Assembly: GCA_965644265.1 (NCBI GenBank)
Contig: OZ286471.1
Span: 50,406,001 to 50,470,000, forward strand
Reading direction: 5' to 3'
Origin: Glycera tridactyla
Lineage: Eukaryota
Length of the DNA: 64,000 nt
The position numbers and the translations under genes were made by a program. Of the stretch, positions 62,946-64,000 are shown in pieces (position 1 is the first letter of the stretch; every line of letters begins with the position of its first letter). The notes beneath the pieces are model-generated. The model saw nothing but the letters and a program-made list of their open reading frames with translations. It was not told the origin of the DNA and ran no database searches.

Positions 62946-64000
62946 CCGGGTATTTACGGCTGTATGTGTTCCATTTACAGCAAATTCAGGAATCTGGTAA
63001 ACATATACGCGGCCCTATTGCGCCGCTGGGAGCTCTAAATAATGTTCAGGTCGTTTGTAGAATATGTCTCACTCTACAATATTTATAAAATATATGGCAA
63101 TAAAAGTCGCGAAATGGGCTGCACATTGATGTCACCCTGAGTGTGCTTAGCAACACCAACATCAGCAGTGCGATCTCCATTCATTCTGACTCTCATATTT
63201 CACTAGTAGTATTTGTGTGGTGCATCAAGCTTCGGTTCCCATGGAGAGATCCCACAAACTCTATCGACGCATTAACTTGCAATCATATACTAATAACTTG
63301 CGTTGAATAGACGTCATGGCTGGTGTTACTCACTTGATAAAGCGAACATACAGGAATACTCCGCATTGCACCAATGTATAAGGTGAAACATATCACTCAC
63401 TACCTTCCTGTCTCATCTTGGTCATTTTTCCATCTGGCATGATGAGACAATGGGATGGCATCGATAGAGACGATAGATAGCATGTCCGTATCTGAGAAAG
63501 GATAAAATTCAAACCGAATGTGAACATCACAGACACACGAACAGAACAAAATTTCGTAATTCATTAGGTGTTGCAAATTGTACGTATTTCTCAATACTTA
63601 CGCCCCATTCCAGCTAATCAGGCTGAATAAAGGTGGTAAATTGCGTAGTTTGTCGAAACATGCGATGGGAATTCTAAAGACAAACATAATCACATTTACT
63701 GGTTGTCATCCGTATACATATGTCAACATATGAATGCTATACAATCCACCTACTAACAACACAGTTTGACTCACTATGCATTCGACATCCACGCAGTGCT
63801 TCGTATTGCGGTCATGTTCTCAGTCGATTTTCTGTGAGAGGTTAACCACACTATATCGGGTCAGATTTTTTAGTCAATCGTAGCTGATAATGCGAAGGTG
63901 ATGTCATTCATACGTTTTGTTGTATTAGGGAATAATCTATTATCAAACTCCAAAGCCAAGTGTTTTGGATATCTGATGGCATTTACTTGTAGGGAATCAC

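Overview
Repeat-rich eukaryotic DNA, probably from an animal (marine-invertebrate-like TE content, inferred). It has four short N gaps and no recognisable host gene. The centrepiece is a nested pair of retroelements. (1) An apparently intact, very young tyrosine-recombinase retrotransposon of the Ngaro type (minus strand, 43855-51111) with split direct repeats A1-ORFs-B1-A2-spacer-B2. It carries four ORFs in the order SGNH hydrolase, gag-like, RT/RNase H, tyrosine recombinase. (2) It has inserted through a TTT core, with no target-site duplication, into ORF1 of a near-full-length CR1/L2-group LINE (ORF1 43363-43854 + 51115-52665, ORF2 54197-57160, tail to 57668). Removing the insertion restores a 680-aa ORF1. 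Close reading of the Ngaro element suggests an expression/replication design I do not know to be described: a TATA/Inr at the end of repeat A, a ~20-nt first exon, and a predicted 961-nt intron containing the entire SGNH ORF and ending exactly at the gag ATG. Further acceptors lie at the RT and YR starts. A bipartite internal complementary region inside that intron matches both the predicted RNA 5' end and the unique A2/B2 spacer. The rest of the window holds two decayed CR1/L2-group LINEs, orphan LINE/SINE 3' ends, two diverged ~170-180 bp tandem arrays, small tandem duplications and microsatellites.
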